Shown here piece after piece: positions 12,589 to 25,458 of a stretch of DNA of 64,000 nt. Below the pieces are notes generated by a model. The model did no database searches, had not been told where the DNA came from, and saw nothing but the letters and a program-made list of their open reading frames with translations. The stretch is from Octopus vulgaris (lineage: Eukaryota), in NCBI GenBank assembly GCA_951406725.2, contig OX597815.1:175646001-175710000 (forward strand), in the 5' to 3' direction. How positions within the stretch are numbered: position 1 is the stretch's first letter; every line of letters begins with the position of its first letter. The position numbers and the translations under genes are program-made.

Positions 12589-12689
12589 TCGTTAAAGTGG
12601 AATTTCATGGCCGAAACATTAAATCTGTAAACAAAAACTACAGAATCGTCTTTAGATTTCCTATCTTTTTGATTTTCGATTCAAGAACA

Positions 12690-12729
12690 CATACATACAT
12701 ACATATATACATATATGTATATATATATG

Positions 12730-12768
<39 letters not shown>

Positions 12769-12771
12769 ATT

Positions 12772-12826
<55 letters not shown>

Positions 12827-12865
12827 TCACACATGTATATACATAGATATTTATATATAGATGTA
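12690..12865. repeat. Compound (TACA)/(TA)/(TG) microsatellite
   Basis: Direct inspection. Confidence 0.95.
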
Positions 12866-12869
12866 TATT

Positions 12870-13125
12870 CTTTTATTCTTTTACTTGTTTCAGTCATTAG
12901 AATGCGGCCATGCTGGAGCACTTCCTCGAAAGACTTTCAGTCGAACAAATTGACAGCAGTACTTACTTTTTAAAGCCTGTTACCTATTTTGTCCCCCACC
13001 CCCTTTTGCTGAACCACTAAGTTACGAAGGCGTAACCAAACAGCAATGTTTGTCAAGCGGTGATGGAGGACAAAAACAGACACGAACACACGCATACATA
13101 TACGACAAGCTTCTTTTAGTTTCTG
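12870..13125 (-). mobile_element. SINE family B, 3' half
   Basis: TTACTTGTTTCAGTCATT...GCGGCCATGCTGGAGCAC tail in reverse orientation; body matches 36139. Confidence 0.8.
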
Positions 13126-13134
13126 TTGTGGCAG

Positions 13135-13775
13135 ACGCCCCCAGGTGGGAAGTGGGCTGGTCATCTACTCATAAATAATGGACAGCAGCCACAGTGAGTA
13201 GTGTCAGCCAGTGAGGTACTTTTGTTCTGTTAAATCATTTTTGATTCCGGTTGACCGAAGTCGTGTTATACTTTGTTGAATCTTTGTTAAAGGTTCTCCC
13301 CGCGCGGGTGAGCCATGTTTTGTTGAATTTGTTTAATACCGTTTCTGTTTTTGCCTGTGGGCCTGTTAAATTTTGTGTTTGTCTTCTTCCTCATTTTGGG
13401 GCGAAGTAACTGATAAGAGAAAAAGAGAAAATGGAGTGTGAACCAGTTCCTGCACACACCAGAAGTTATGCTTTAGCGGCTGGGAAAGGTGCAGATTCGC
13501 TAGAAGTGCGAGAAATTAAAACTGAACAGAAGAAACTCAAAGAACACTATAGAATGATTCATAAGGAGGGATCCAGCTTAAGGCTGACCCCTTCAGAAGA
13601 AGTGACAACAAGTACCAAGAAAGGAACAGTGGTGTACAGAATACTATCGACAACCACAAAGAAAATAGAGATAGCTACAGAGGAAGCAATTGAAGAATGT
13701 CTGAAGGAAATTAAGGACCTGACAACATTCTATACAAGAGGCAGAAAATACGGCACAGTGGAGGTGAGATTTTCT
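13135..13775 (+). mobile_element. Tx1/L1-like LINE 5' UTR and ORF1 N-terminus
   Basis: ORF 13431: RSYALAA...TVVYRI...TRGRKYGTVEVRF; similar to ORF1 at 60000-60600 (RTVTYKC...TRG*RFSTVEMRF). Confidence 0.65.
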
Positions 13776-13829
13776 TTCTCTTTAATCAAGCCTCAAAAAA
13801 TTCACCACACACATATATGCACATACATA

Positions 13830-14481
13830 TAGATCCAAAATAATAAAGAACATCTCAAATAATCTCTCCCAAAATATCCTCTTTTCAAAACCCAGGAAAA
13901 CAAATTCAACTCCAGATTTTTCAGTTAACTCACACATTTATAAAGAAAAGTATGAATTTTCTATAAAAAAAAACACAACCCTATTCATGATGAACCTCTA
14001 AAAGGGAATAAAGGGCTAAATAAATAGTTCTGACTATCTCCTTTTTCTTAATACATAAACTCTGTACCTCACCTCAAACTATCTATACATAATGCGGAGT
14101 AGATAAAACAGGGGACAACTGATGAAGGGAATGTTCTATGTCTCGTTTCTCTGTTTTTCTCGTTGTTTAAAAAAAGTTTGTTTTCTATGTTTTTGTTTTT
14201 TTCCTGGTCTCGTTTCTCATTTTGTCTACGTTATTTTGATGTCCTGTACCCATATATGCATGTATATTTACATATACATGTAGGTATGTACATATATGTA
14301 TGTATATATGCATATATATATATATTTTTTTTCTCTCCTTGTTTTTTTCTGTGTATCTTTCTGCAGAAGAGCGTAGGCTCGAAACGTAAAAGACGTTTTC
14401 TATTCCTGAGCGCTATACTAATACATCTGTTTGTTTGTACACCACCTGCCTTCGTCTTTTGTTTATTTTCGTAAACTTTCC

Positions 14482-14485
<4 letters not shown>
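13830..14485 (+). mobile_element. Penelope-like element 3' end / pseudo-LTR
   Basis: Endonuclease-tail-like residues followed by a pLTR carrying AGAAGAGCGTAGGCTCGAAACGT, also present at the window end. Confidence 0.55.
14356..14393 (+). ncRNA. Minimal hammerhead-ribozyme-like motif (variant core)
   Basis: TCTTT-CTGCAGA-A-GAGC(GTAG)GCTC-GAAA-CG-TA-AAAGA: stem I, near-CUGANGA core, stem II, GAAA, GUA triplet. Confidence 0.5.
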
Positions 14486-14571
<86 letters not shown>

Positions 14572-15049
14572 TTTGGAAGAAAGAGTGCAGTGCAAGTCTC
14601 TGCGTAAAAATTTTTTAGTAGGAGTTGATAGCTGCTGGAATTTAAATTCTAATCATTGTTTAGAAAGAAAACAAATAATAAAAATTAATTTGTGGCAATT
14701 AGTTGGAAACGGATCTTAGTTATACAACTATTAATAAACTACAAAATTATATAGTAAATTAGTTGAACTTGATTGCCATTTCTGAATATAATTTTAGAAG
14801 CAATTTCTTCAACGTAATTTCTACTTTCAATGATTCGAATCCGGATGACGCTGGTAAAAGGATATGCTTCACTAAATCCTGCGTCGTAAGCTTTAATTAA
14901 AATGAACTGAAATCGAGGAGTTAGCCATTCTTCTCTAGATTTACAGTTGTAAATTTAGCAATCTACCGTTTGCATTATGATTCTTATCTCTTTCATTCTC
15001 TCTATCTTTATATATATACACACACACATAGAAACACCACCACCGCCGC

Positions 15050-16135
15050 CCTTAACAGACAAATGCCGAAAGAGAAACACGCCTCACCGTAACCAGTTCT
15101 AAACATTAGAACAGTACTAAATTTTAGAACAACACATTAGTAGACGGGGGTGGTAGAGAGGCGCAGCAACTCGACAAGAAGTCCGCAAGAGACAAGAAGT
15201 GCGTAAGCTGATACAGTGCGCAAAAAATATGGAAGCTGTGTGCTTCCCTACGGACAAGTGCGGTAGAATGTCGATAGACAGCCTGCCGAACTACATCCAA
15301 GCGATTCTACCCCACATCACCAATATGAGGGAAACAACGATATGGGAATATGAGGAGAGGGGGAAGATCCTCAATGCTCATGTGATGTGGTCTAACATCC
15401 TAAGGGCAAAAAAGCGCACAGTCAACAACTTTCAGGCCACTAATAACGACATCCAGACACTGTATGAGCTGCACAAGGACCATAAGACGACCATTGACCC
15501 CGTGACAGGACCACCAACGAGACCAGCCTGCGGAGCCAATGTTGCCAACAACTATCGGATCTCCTACTGCCTCTCGATGATCATATGCCCTCTGGTCAAA
15601 ATGTCCTCGGACGTGTGTGACACCACAGAAGACGTCCTCAGCAGAATCAATGAATGCAACCATGCCTACGACCTGACGGGATGCATAATAGGCAGTATGG
15701 ATGTAGTATCCCCATACCCATCCACTGATGTTGATTCTGCTGTGGAGAAATGTGTGGAGGTGATCAGCGAAGGCGACGTGCAGTTTCGTGGAGTTGACAC
15801 AGAAGAACTGGGCTTCCTCTTGCGACCGACATGCGATAATGATTACTTAGATAAACCTGGCCTTATTTGTTTCTGCCCCACTAGATTGGAAAGAGGTAGA
15901 CCCCCTACTATAACTTCTATGGCCAAGAAGACCCCTAGAGAGAGATGGAATGGGTGGACCAGAGCTATACTGACCCCAGTAAACGATGATCAGGTTAAAA
16001 AGATAGTCGCACATGCGGTGGGTACGAGTACCAAGACCAAACTCAAGGGCCACATATTTAAGTTTGATAACAAAATATACGCCCCCATGTTGAGTCTGAG
16101 GTCGTGTGGGAAGATGGAGGCATAACGTCGCCACC
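15050..16135 (+). mobile_element. Penelope-like reverse transcriptase fragment (308-aa ORF 15199-16125)
   Basis: PTDKCG, LYELHKDHK, PPTRP and GSMDVVSPYPS (RT motif A), ending near HIFKFDNKIY before motifs B/C. Confidence 0.85.
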
Positions 16136-16178
<43 letters not shown>

Positions 16179-16790
16179 CAGGGTGCGGTGAATAAACCGT
16201 TCTCTAAATTACGCAAAAATCAAAATAACACTGCCGTTTCATTTTAACGGATATATTAACCAAACTTACTTAAAAATATCTTGAAATACTAAAGAGTAAA
16301 TTTATTCAATAAAATCGCCATTGGCTTCAACCATGTCCCCCAAATGACTTTGGAATCTGTAATTCTTCTTGACGGTCTCCTTGTTTAAGTTGGTGAATGC
16401 TGCCGTAATCCTTGCCTTCAGTTCATCCTTGGTGTTACAAGGAATCTTCTGTGTCTCTCGCTCAACTGTGCCCCATACACAATAATCAAGGGGGTTGTAA
16501 TCTGGGGAGTTAGGTGGCCAGATGTTAGGGGTGAACCCATAACTGGTTTCGCCTGCTTGTGTGGCATGGTGCAGAGTCCTGTTGCAAGACATAGGGGCTT
16601 CCAGCAGCCACACTCTTGATCCAGAGCAGTACCACCACCTCCAGGCACATGATGTAGACCTCCGTGTTGAATCTGAGGCTGTGTGGGAAGATGAATGGGG
16701 GAATAATATCGCCATCACTAGTGATCAGTCCAAATACTGGATGTTTGTTTTTATCACCCTCGGTACAAGTATTCAGCAGCATAGTTTACA
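16179..16790 (-). mobile_element. Tc1/mariner (maT/DD37D-like) transposon 3' part
   Basis: QQDSAPCH, WPPNSPDYNPLDY and ANGDFIE* terminus; TA then CAGGGTGCGG TIR at 16177-16188. Confidence 0.85.
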
Positions 16791-17150
16791 CTGGCAATCG
16801 TCGCATCTATAAATTATGCTACCGGGTTGCGGCAAAAGTTAAAGTATTCCCGAAACAGCTGTCGAGATAAGAGTTTACATAATTCCTTTTGTTTTCTTTA
16901 TCCTGTAATCTATATTTGTATTGAATGCAAGTACACGCTTTCAAACTCTCCATGTTTATCTAACTTTCTACCTCCATGACAGCTCAACAAGGATTATTCT
17001 TATGACTAACATTTGATGTCGATACGCTGATCATGGATGAAGAGGTTGGTGTTTGTGTTCTCATCGGTTTGAGCACCACTCTGTGTTCTCTATACCACGT
17101 TTACTTTGCATTCAACTGCCCATTGTATATGTATGTATGTGTGTGTTTAC

Positions 17151-17153
<3 letters not shown>

Positions 17154-17203
<50 letters not shown>

Positions 17204-17222
17204 ACGGGAGGAAGAGAGAAAG
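17154..17222. repeat. (GA)n microsatellite
   Basis: Direct inspection. Confidence 0.95.
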
Positions 17223-18169
17223 AAAAATGAAGTATCTTAAAGAACTTTTAACAAATATTATTATTAATTAACTTGTATTCTTAAAAACGAAATATTCCAA
17301 ACATTGAAATAAATACAGCCTTAATTTCATGAAGCGCAATTTGATTTAATTTTACTAATGAGCTTTTGTACACAGCGGCAACGTAATGTAACCGTTCTAA
17401 TTTGTCTTTATTTTCCCATTGAGATGAATTCTCATATTACATTTCACCAGGATCAGTTTCGTCATCACAGAAGGAAAGCCTCGCATTTCCTTCTTTCGAT
17501 TTTTTTTTATTGATTGTTTTGGTATTCTTCAGCATAATGCTTCCGTTAATAATAAAGTTCCTGAAAGTCAATATTAATTATCAACATTAATTAACCAAAT
17601 AATGGGTATTTGAATGAAGCAATGACATTTTAGGCAAGCAAAAATTCGATAGAAACTCCAGAGAGTCTGGAGTCAGTATTCGTACCTACTTAGAGAAAAT
17701 GGCCGTAAAATTATGCGTAATTATCTTAATTGAATATCAGCGCAACAATCTTGATTGTGGGCGTTAGTATCAAGTATCAAGGCTGTGCTGTATCGTTGAC
17801 AAAGACATTCAGCATCCAGTACTACATCTCTACATCATTTACTCGTTACACTTTTAGTGTCGTTGACGAATTTCCAAAGAAATACTTTTGGGAATTCCTG
17901 TAGTAATTATCAGTCATAACATTGATCTCGTTTCAAAAATAGACGCACCCAGGACCTTAAGTGACCTTTGTTTATTACTTAGCAAATGACCCAAAATTTC
18001 AAACAGAATCTTACCTATACAGATGTTGCCTAGCCGCATCCATCCTGATGAATTATGGACACTGATGCTATTCATACATATTGCAATATGGCATCCATTA
18101 AAAAGTAAGGGAGTCATTTAGCGAGGGAAACAAGGTGAACGATTTAGTAGTTCCAAGTTTTGAATAAAA

Positions 18170-18520
18170 AAAAGACCATAAAAATTGATTGTATTAATGA
18201 AGGGATAGTCATTTAGATATTAGCATTGGTGAACTGCTTCGATTTACGCCTGTCGAGTTATAACATCAGAACTTCTATCACATCATTAATCTTAAGCATT
18301 GCACTCAACACTTCCAATTACGTACTCAAAGAGTTAGATCAAATGCAAAGTGTCAAAGACTTAAACCAAATATTCTTCACAAGAAAAATCCCATTCAATA
18401 CTGAGTCAACGAAATTGATAAAATATCATTGCGATATATAATGTCGGTGAAGTTAAAGGATGGTTTCGAATTTACCTTACTCGAAGCTATTTAGCAGAAT
18501 TGCGAACCATTACAAACCGA
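18170..18520 (+). mobile_element. Very decayed Penelope-like RT remnant
   Basis: YNIRTSITSLILSIALN...FFTRK...CDI parallels the PLE RT segment at 5280-5520. Confidence 0.35.
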
Positions 18521-19494
18521 TTGCTAATTTATATGAAAAATTATTAAAAAAACACATTTTGTATAAGAATATGTATTTTAGCCTTGCCTGAAAATAATTT
18601 TAGAGTTGGAAAACCTAGAGTAGAGATTACTGTATAGCAAATGAAGAATTCCTATTTAATCTAATATCACATTTATCTTTGGTTTAATCCCAAATCACAC
18701 ATACTGCTTAGATTAGTTATATCACAGTTTAATCTAAATCATAATGCTGTTTAGAATATATTAATTTATATAAAAATAAAAATAAAAATAAGAAAAAAGT
18801 GGAAATGTTACCGGTGAGTGTATTATATAATAAGGCACAAAAAGAAAATGACTCTCCCCAGACACAACAGAATATGCTTCCACACACGAACTCATATAAA
18901 GAATCTTGCAAACCAAATCCTAAAACGAAACATTTATATAAAATTAAGTCACTTCATTCATATCGTGACTGCTTTTGTTTGCAGTGAAAGAATTCTTCAA
19001 AATAAGAGAACAATTCTATGAAGCAGAACCAGTCGGTAATTTGAACTTGGCTCTAAAAAATGTAATCCCCAACGTCGTTTTTGCATATAACTTTGGAGTA
19101 AAATCTCATTATGATGAAGTGGACTAATTAAGAATGAAACGAAAATCTTCGATGATCCTGACGAAACACATAATAATGTAATTGGCACTTGTGAATTTCC
19201 CTGATAGATTCCGAGCACCAAAATCTTACCAATATCTTGCTATTATCGATATATGGCGTTGAACTACATAAATCACAGTAAGTCAAACGAATAAATGTTC
19301 CATGCTTCAGATTTATCGTCTAATTATTCAAATAATTTTCGAATTTCTACCAAAGTTTAGTCATCTGAGAAAGAAAAAGAACCAAGTTTTATTAACTGAC
19401 GATGAAGTAATTATGGTGCTTATATTTTCTATTTGGAAATATTTCGAATTAAACCAACAAGTTTTGATCAACATGTGTGTGTATGTATGTATGT

Positions 19495-20600
19495 ATGTCA
19501 TTATTCAGTTTTCTTTCAAAATTTCTTGCTAAGAGAGAAAGAATCGGTGGAGCTAATGCAGTTTCGCACCTCTCCTTGAAAAATGGACTTTGAAAAGTTT
19601 TTTTCTAGATTCCTACGTTTTAGATGCCGGAGATTATGAATCTTTTTTGCATATTCGTAATCTCCGACATCTAAAACGCAGGAATCCGAAAAGATTTTTA
19701 AAAAAAAGTATTTTTCAAGGGGAGGTGCAAAACTGCATTAGCCCCGAGCCGGTTTCTAACCTAGATCCAAAGCTCCTTCCTTGGAATTTCAACATCAACA
19801 GGATTTGTATTTATGTATGTATACTTGCAGATTTGTATATTTTGTTTCATGTATGTCTTCTCATACACATACTTGCATATCTAGACATGCTCATATATAC
19901 TTAAATGATAAACGTCTGGATAGATTTACAGATTTTTACAGTTCCAGTGATGGATTGAATCTGTAGTCTTCGAATTGGCTTTCCCTTTTCTGGTTTTGAG
20001 AAGCCAAATTTCTCAAGATTGGTATTTAGGCAGTCTGTTACATATCCCAGAGCCCCAGTAATTACAGATATAAACCTTAACTTGTAATCTGGATAGAGTA
20101 ACTGCAGATTTCTCAATAGTTCAGCATTGGTGTTCTCTTTTTCACTGATCTTCAGCTTTATGCTGGGCAGCTAATTTCCACAACTATGCACAGGTTCTCT
20201 CCTCTATACCTAAATCATTATATCAGGTCTCTTGTGTTTACATTTTATTGAGATATTCCACCAATACACTGGGACATTCCACCAATACTCCTTTTTATTA
20301 TGAGTGACTATGGTTTCCACCATACTGTGGGTTCTTATTTCTTTGTCCTTGGGTTATCCTTTCGATGGATTTCATTATACAGTGTCCTAGCTACCATGTC
20401 ATATCTCATCGGTAGATAATACCTTGATGACATTTTCGGACAACTACTTATGATGCGAGTGATATCTTCGGTTGTCACATTTTGCTGCTTTTCCTGTATC
20501 TTTATCCCTTTTGTGTATCAGGTATTTATTTGGTTGATATTTCCTGTTCCTGGATTGCAAACGCATGCCCTTCGAAGTGGGAGCTAGGAATCCAGTTATT
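19495..20600 (-). mobile_element. R4/Dong-like RLE LINE 3' fragment
   Basis: EDITRIISSCPKMSSRYYLPMRYD zinc-knuckle region; KHKRPDIMI..VVEISCP (PD-D/ExK nuclease); GALGYV; 3' UTR shared with 53955-54275. Confidence 0.85.
19549..19745. mobile_element. Palindromic MITE with 8-bp TSD (Merlin-like termini)
   Basis: GGAGCTAATGCAGTTTCGCACCTCTCCTTGAAAAAT ... ATTTTTCAAGGGGAGGTGCAAAACTGCATTAGCCCC; TSD GAATCGGT / GAGCCGGT. Confidence 0.85.
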
Positions 20601-20609
20601 GGTCCATGA

Positions 20610-21170
20610 TAGACTGCTTTGATGATCAATGTTACTATCATCTCTGAGTTTTCTACTAATCCATTCATCTGCTGATACGTTGCGGTAGAGTTGTGTTTGA
20701 ATTTTGCTGTGGAAATTGACAAGATTCGAATGAACTGATCGGAAGATGCTTTTGAAATTCCTGTAGTGTAAGGATGTATTTAGCGTGAGACATCTTGGCT
20801 GTCAGATGCAAAATGTTTAGGAAAGATGAAGCATGGTGAAAGAAATTATGTGGATCTTTGATGTACAGGGAAAATGTACGGGAGTTAGAACGCATCTCTG
20901 AACCACAACAGGATTGATAAAGTGTGTGGGTGGGGAGAGAAAGAGAGCGAGGGAGCTCCATCAGCGTAGACTGCAAGAATATGAGAGGAAGTAACAGATC
21001 CAAGAAATATGCTACACAGGGGACCATGGAGGGGGTGGGCGTAGTTTTGACAGGAGGTTTGCATGCTTTCAAAGCCGGAATGTCTTTGGTCAGATATTTG
21101 CTCGGTCAGAGTTCACATGATAATATAAACAGAAGAGAACGTGTTATGCCCCCTGTTGAGAAGTATTGAT
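20610..21170 (-). mobile_element. Decayed non-LTR RT remnant (CR1/L2/Jockey-like)
   Basis: Residual VP....FLDLLLPLIFL and YADG segments resembling RT motifs B and C. Confidence 0.4.
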
Positions 21171-22569
21171 CATATAGATTTTGTGGGAAGCTTACAAAAT
21201 ATGTGTAATTTGGAAATAATTATTCTTTTCAAATTGAAATACGTAATCAATCTCTCACAACTTGGAAGTATGTTTAGCTTTGAAGAAAAAATGCAATTCA
21301 ATGGAAAGTTATTTTTTTTTACGTTACAATCTTTGCATGAAGTTCTTAAAAGCATCTTTCTCTCTCTCTCCTCATCCTATCTCTAAAAGTTGTTTGCGAT
21401 ACATACACGCACTCATACATATCTGAAATTAATATTACATCGATAGTGACTTGGAATCATTCAAATGTATAAAATTATAAATAGCCACCTTAGCTATTTA
21501 TTATTTTAGTATTTAGACGCTCTTTATTAATTCACAGACGACCTGTTGCAGTAACAGGTTTTATTTCAGTTTCATTTTCGTTTTACACATATTTTATGCT
21601 TTATTAGCACTAACGTAAACTAGGTAAAGTTTGAGTAAAACTGTTGGAGGATAGAAAATAATAAACCATTTCTTCCCAAGGGTGTCTGTGGCATTCAAAC
21701 GATTCGTACATCGTTTTCTCTTCAATAATCAGCTCACAAATTAGTAACATCTCACATAGTACGTCTTACATAACATTGACTACTTTTAAACACTAATAAG
21801 AGAAAAGAAGATTTCTAATTAATTTAAAATGTTAAATTACGTGGAACATTTATAAAGATATATGAGGAGATGTTTTAGCATGCTATTTCTTAAGACTTTT
21901 TTTTCTTCTATATTTCCCAAAATGGTTTTGAAGAAATATTCTTTACTAACAGATTATATTAATGAATTATTGCTTTCTGACCAAAATAACAGATACATTG
22001 TAAGTTCATAATAATATTCTATGAGTATTACGTCATTGATCTCGCCCAAAATGTACTCTTATATTCAGTAAAAAGTATCACGTCTCTATTATGTTCGATA
22101 TGTTAAATAAATACTTATCTTTCATCTCGTTGATTTTATCAAGAAAAACCAGACAGTACAAAATTTAACATGAAGGAAGAAGTATAGAGAAACGAAAACG
22201 ATTAGGTTTTGTCTAATTCAATTGATGATAGATTTGAATGGAATGATATTTAGATGAAAGCATAATATTTATAAACAGATACTAATGTATGAAAACATTT
22301 ATGGCAGTAAAATTGAATTCCTTGATAGTTTTCCAGGTTTAAATAATTTTTATTAAACCTATTTTTCTTTGAGTCAGAAAACATTTTCTAACTTCATTGC
22401 AGTTTGACTATATCCTGCCATACAAATGTATTTGAATTATCAATTTACGAACACAACAAGATATGAGAAGAAGAGCAAAATCTGACATACTCTCTGCTAT
22501 ACTCATATTAATTCAGGATGTTTTGGGCAAAGAGAAATCTCGTATATTCTCACATAGTCCGTGCCCCCC

Positions 22570-23222
22570 AAACACCTACAAATGCCCATCTATCCACCAT
22601 CCTCCCATTACTCACCCAGAATTCATTCATAATAAATACAGTAACGATTCATCCATCAATCAAAAATCCATCCATCCACATGTCCCTTCATCAATCCACA
22701 AACCAACCATTCCTTTCTCCATCATCTGTCCATCCCTCATATCTCTATCAACCACCATTCATCGATGCGGTTGCCAACTATACATCATCGATCATCAATC
22801 TAACCATTCTTCCATATAGCAATCCATCATCAATTCCATCCATCCATTCATCTATCATTCATCATTCATCGTCCGCCCATTCATTATCCAACCAAGTGTA
22901 CAACACCCATCCCCATCCATTCATCAATCATTCATTAGCTACTCACCATCCAACATCTTATTTCTCCATCAGCCATTCATTATTCTATTTATCATCAAAA
23001 TCTGCCCATGCATTATCCAAGAATTAATCCATTACCCATCATCTGTCCAGTTAATTATCCAGTATCACCCCGCCATCCTTACAGTCATATACCAGACTTC
23101 ATCAATACACCTATCATTTGCTTTATCCATCATCAATCTATCCGTTAAACCATTATCTTTCATCTGTTCATCCATCATAAATTATCCATCCAATCCAGCC
23201 ATTATCGTCCATCCATTCATTG
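22570..23222. repeat. Degenerate (CCAT/TCAT)n low-complexity tract
   Basis: Dense CATC/CCAT/TCAT units over about 650 bp. Confidence 0.85.
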
Positions 23223-23224
23223 GT

Positions 23225-25260
23225 CGGAGGCTAAGTGGCAGCTTTGATTTAGGAAAGGCTTCGTTTCGAGCTTCGGTCGATCTTCCTGGACTTAAGCAGG
23301 AAGTTAGTGGTCCCAGATGTGAACTGTGACGAAGGTGTGGGCCTTAGACTAGTAGGTCTCTTCACCTGATAGCAGGGCAGCCATGTTTCTTCGGGCCTCA
23401 GGAGGTTTTCCTTGGAATGTCTGACATATAGCGACTGAATTTCTCAAATGAACAAACCGACACAAGACTAAAGTTAAACGGGAGTTGATGGGATCAATCC
23501 TCAACAAGCAATGGTGGTTAGCCATGAAAAGGGAAATTAGATTCGAATTGATAAGGGTTAGTAAAGAAAAACTCGTAAAGAATTCTAGACTAAAGAGAGA
23601 GACAGCTAGGAACATAGAAGAAGCGCAACGGAAAGACATTACGAATGACATGTCACTGTAATACTGATCTTTGAACAACTCTTCAACGCAACCCACCGGT
23701 TGATAGGCCCAGGTGGAAACGTAGCAACGAACCACAGTTTGGTTTTGGTGGACCGAGAGGGCATGAGCTATTTGATTCCAAGTAGATGTCTGAAGCTTTT
23801 CAGTGACCTTCGCTTAAATGTTTGGGGTGAAGGGGAAGCTGGAGAGAAATGTGGGGATCTTACAGCCTTCCTCGACGACCTGCTGAGGCTGACGGCTAGG
23901 GATGCGAATTTCAGCAAAATTTTGGTAATAGTAGACGAATACCCCATACTAGGGCTTGAAGGTCTACCCTACAAGCTTTATCTTCATATGACTGGGGGGC
24001 CTCGTGGCATATGCCAACTGCAACTTGTGGGAGAACAGAGAATCCCTAATCCTGCAAAACGAGTAGAGGTGCAACTGAGAAAGGACCTAAACAAGCGGTG
24101 TAAATGTCTTGAAATATTCAGCCCCTATTGCTGCTGAATGTAGAGTTGAAGGCTTTTAGCCAAGAGGTTAACATTTGTAAGCGATAGTCTGATAGGCGAG
24201 GCACAGACATACACCATACCCAAGAGATCTATCCACGAGGGTCTCCGCCACATACATCATAGAAAGGGTGGGTAGAGCACGTGGTGTATGTGGGACCCCG
24301 ATCAATTTAGATCAATCAAACGCTTTCGATAGGGTTGTCTGTCGTCATGGCTGCAGCTTCGATCAAGCGGTCATCTATCGGACCTGTTCAGTAACATGTG
24401 TTCGTTAAGCCTACACCTACCACGTCCCGTGTCCTGAGAGCCACTGCGTGAACAGTGACGTGGGAGACTGCGTCATCCCATGCAGATGACGCCGCTGTAA
24501 TAGTGTCAGCTGCCAAACGCATCGCGGTCATCTTTACTGTTCTGAAGGAGTACGAAGCGGCGACAGGAGTAAAAAGTAACGAGAAAAACCTGGAGGGCCT
24601 GCAGTTATAGGTAAGTTCACCACCATCAATTCATTGCAGGAAAGTCCATTGCCATCAAGTCACCGTGAAGAAAGTTTACCGAGAAAATACATCCATGGTA
24701 TCTTACCATTCAGAGTTAAAAACAGTTTTATTAAAAAAAAACCCCTAAAAAACGAACATTCCTTACATTGAACTTTCTGTGCGGTGAGTTGATGACGATG
24801 AACTTACCAGACCTGGGTTCTGCAGCTCAGCATCTGGAAGGGTATATCTATGCTGGCCAAAAGCGTTGCTGGGCATTTGAATGACGGGCCTGTTAAATGG
24901 ACCGATGCCTGGTTCGATCCAGGCCTCCAAGTAGACAAGAACTGGTGGCAAGCAGGGTTACTGACTTCACCCAGAAGTAGATTGAGAGGAAATTATTCCT
25001 GAAGAGTGAGACAGAGGTGATGGAGGTGGCGAACATTGATTGAGAGAGGGAGGTTTTGTCCCAATAAATATGTTGAATATTGGTTGAATGTGGTAACGAT
25101 GTCTCAAGTGTGTAGGTCTACTCAAAGCTGACACTTGTAGGATGGAAAGAACAGTGGTGTCGCTGAGTAGTACTCTTGGTAGTTGCTCTGATCCAGCGGC
25201 TTCTTGTTGATCCTTGCATATATTTCATGTAACTGGGGAATTTTGCTATAATTTTCTTAA
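23225..25260 (+). mobile_element. Tx1/L1-like LINE ORF2 fragment, decayed
   Basis: INLDQSNAFDRV and HADDAAVIVS RT motifs; collinear with the 57810-59930 element. Confidence 0.75.
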
Positions 25261-25302
25261 CTGATATTGTTTCTATTGTTCACACGTTTATATATATATA
25301 TA

Positions 25303-25458
25303 TTTCTTTACTCCCCACAAGGGGCTAAACATAGAGAGGACAAACAAGGACAGACAAACGGATTAAGTCGATTACATCGATTCCAGTGCGTAACTGGTAC
25401 TTAATTTATCGACCCTGAAAGGATGAAAGGCAAAGTCGACCTCAGCGGAATTTGAACT
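25303..25458 (-). mobile_element. SINE family A, 5'-truncated
   Basis: B-box to tail, closely matching 30834. Confidence 0.9.

Noticed and set aside
18023-19277. Plus-strand exon candidates at about 18023-18104 and 18985-19277
   Set aside because: The larger one has stops in all frames; the joined peptide resembles nothing recognisable, and the ELWT likeness to receptor loop A is too short
22463-23027. His/Ser/Pro/Ile-rich ORFs that could suggest a structural protein
   Set aside because: Product of a degenerate CCAT repeat; two overlapping frames are equally open
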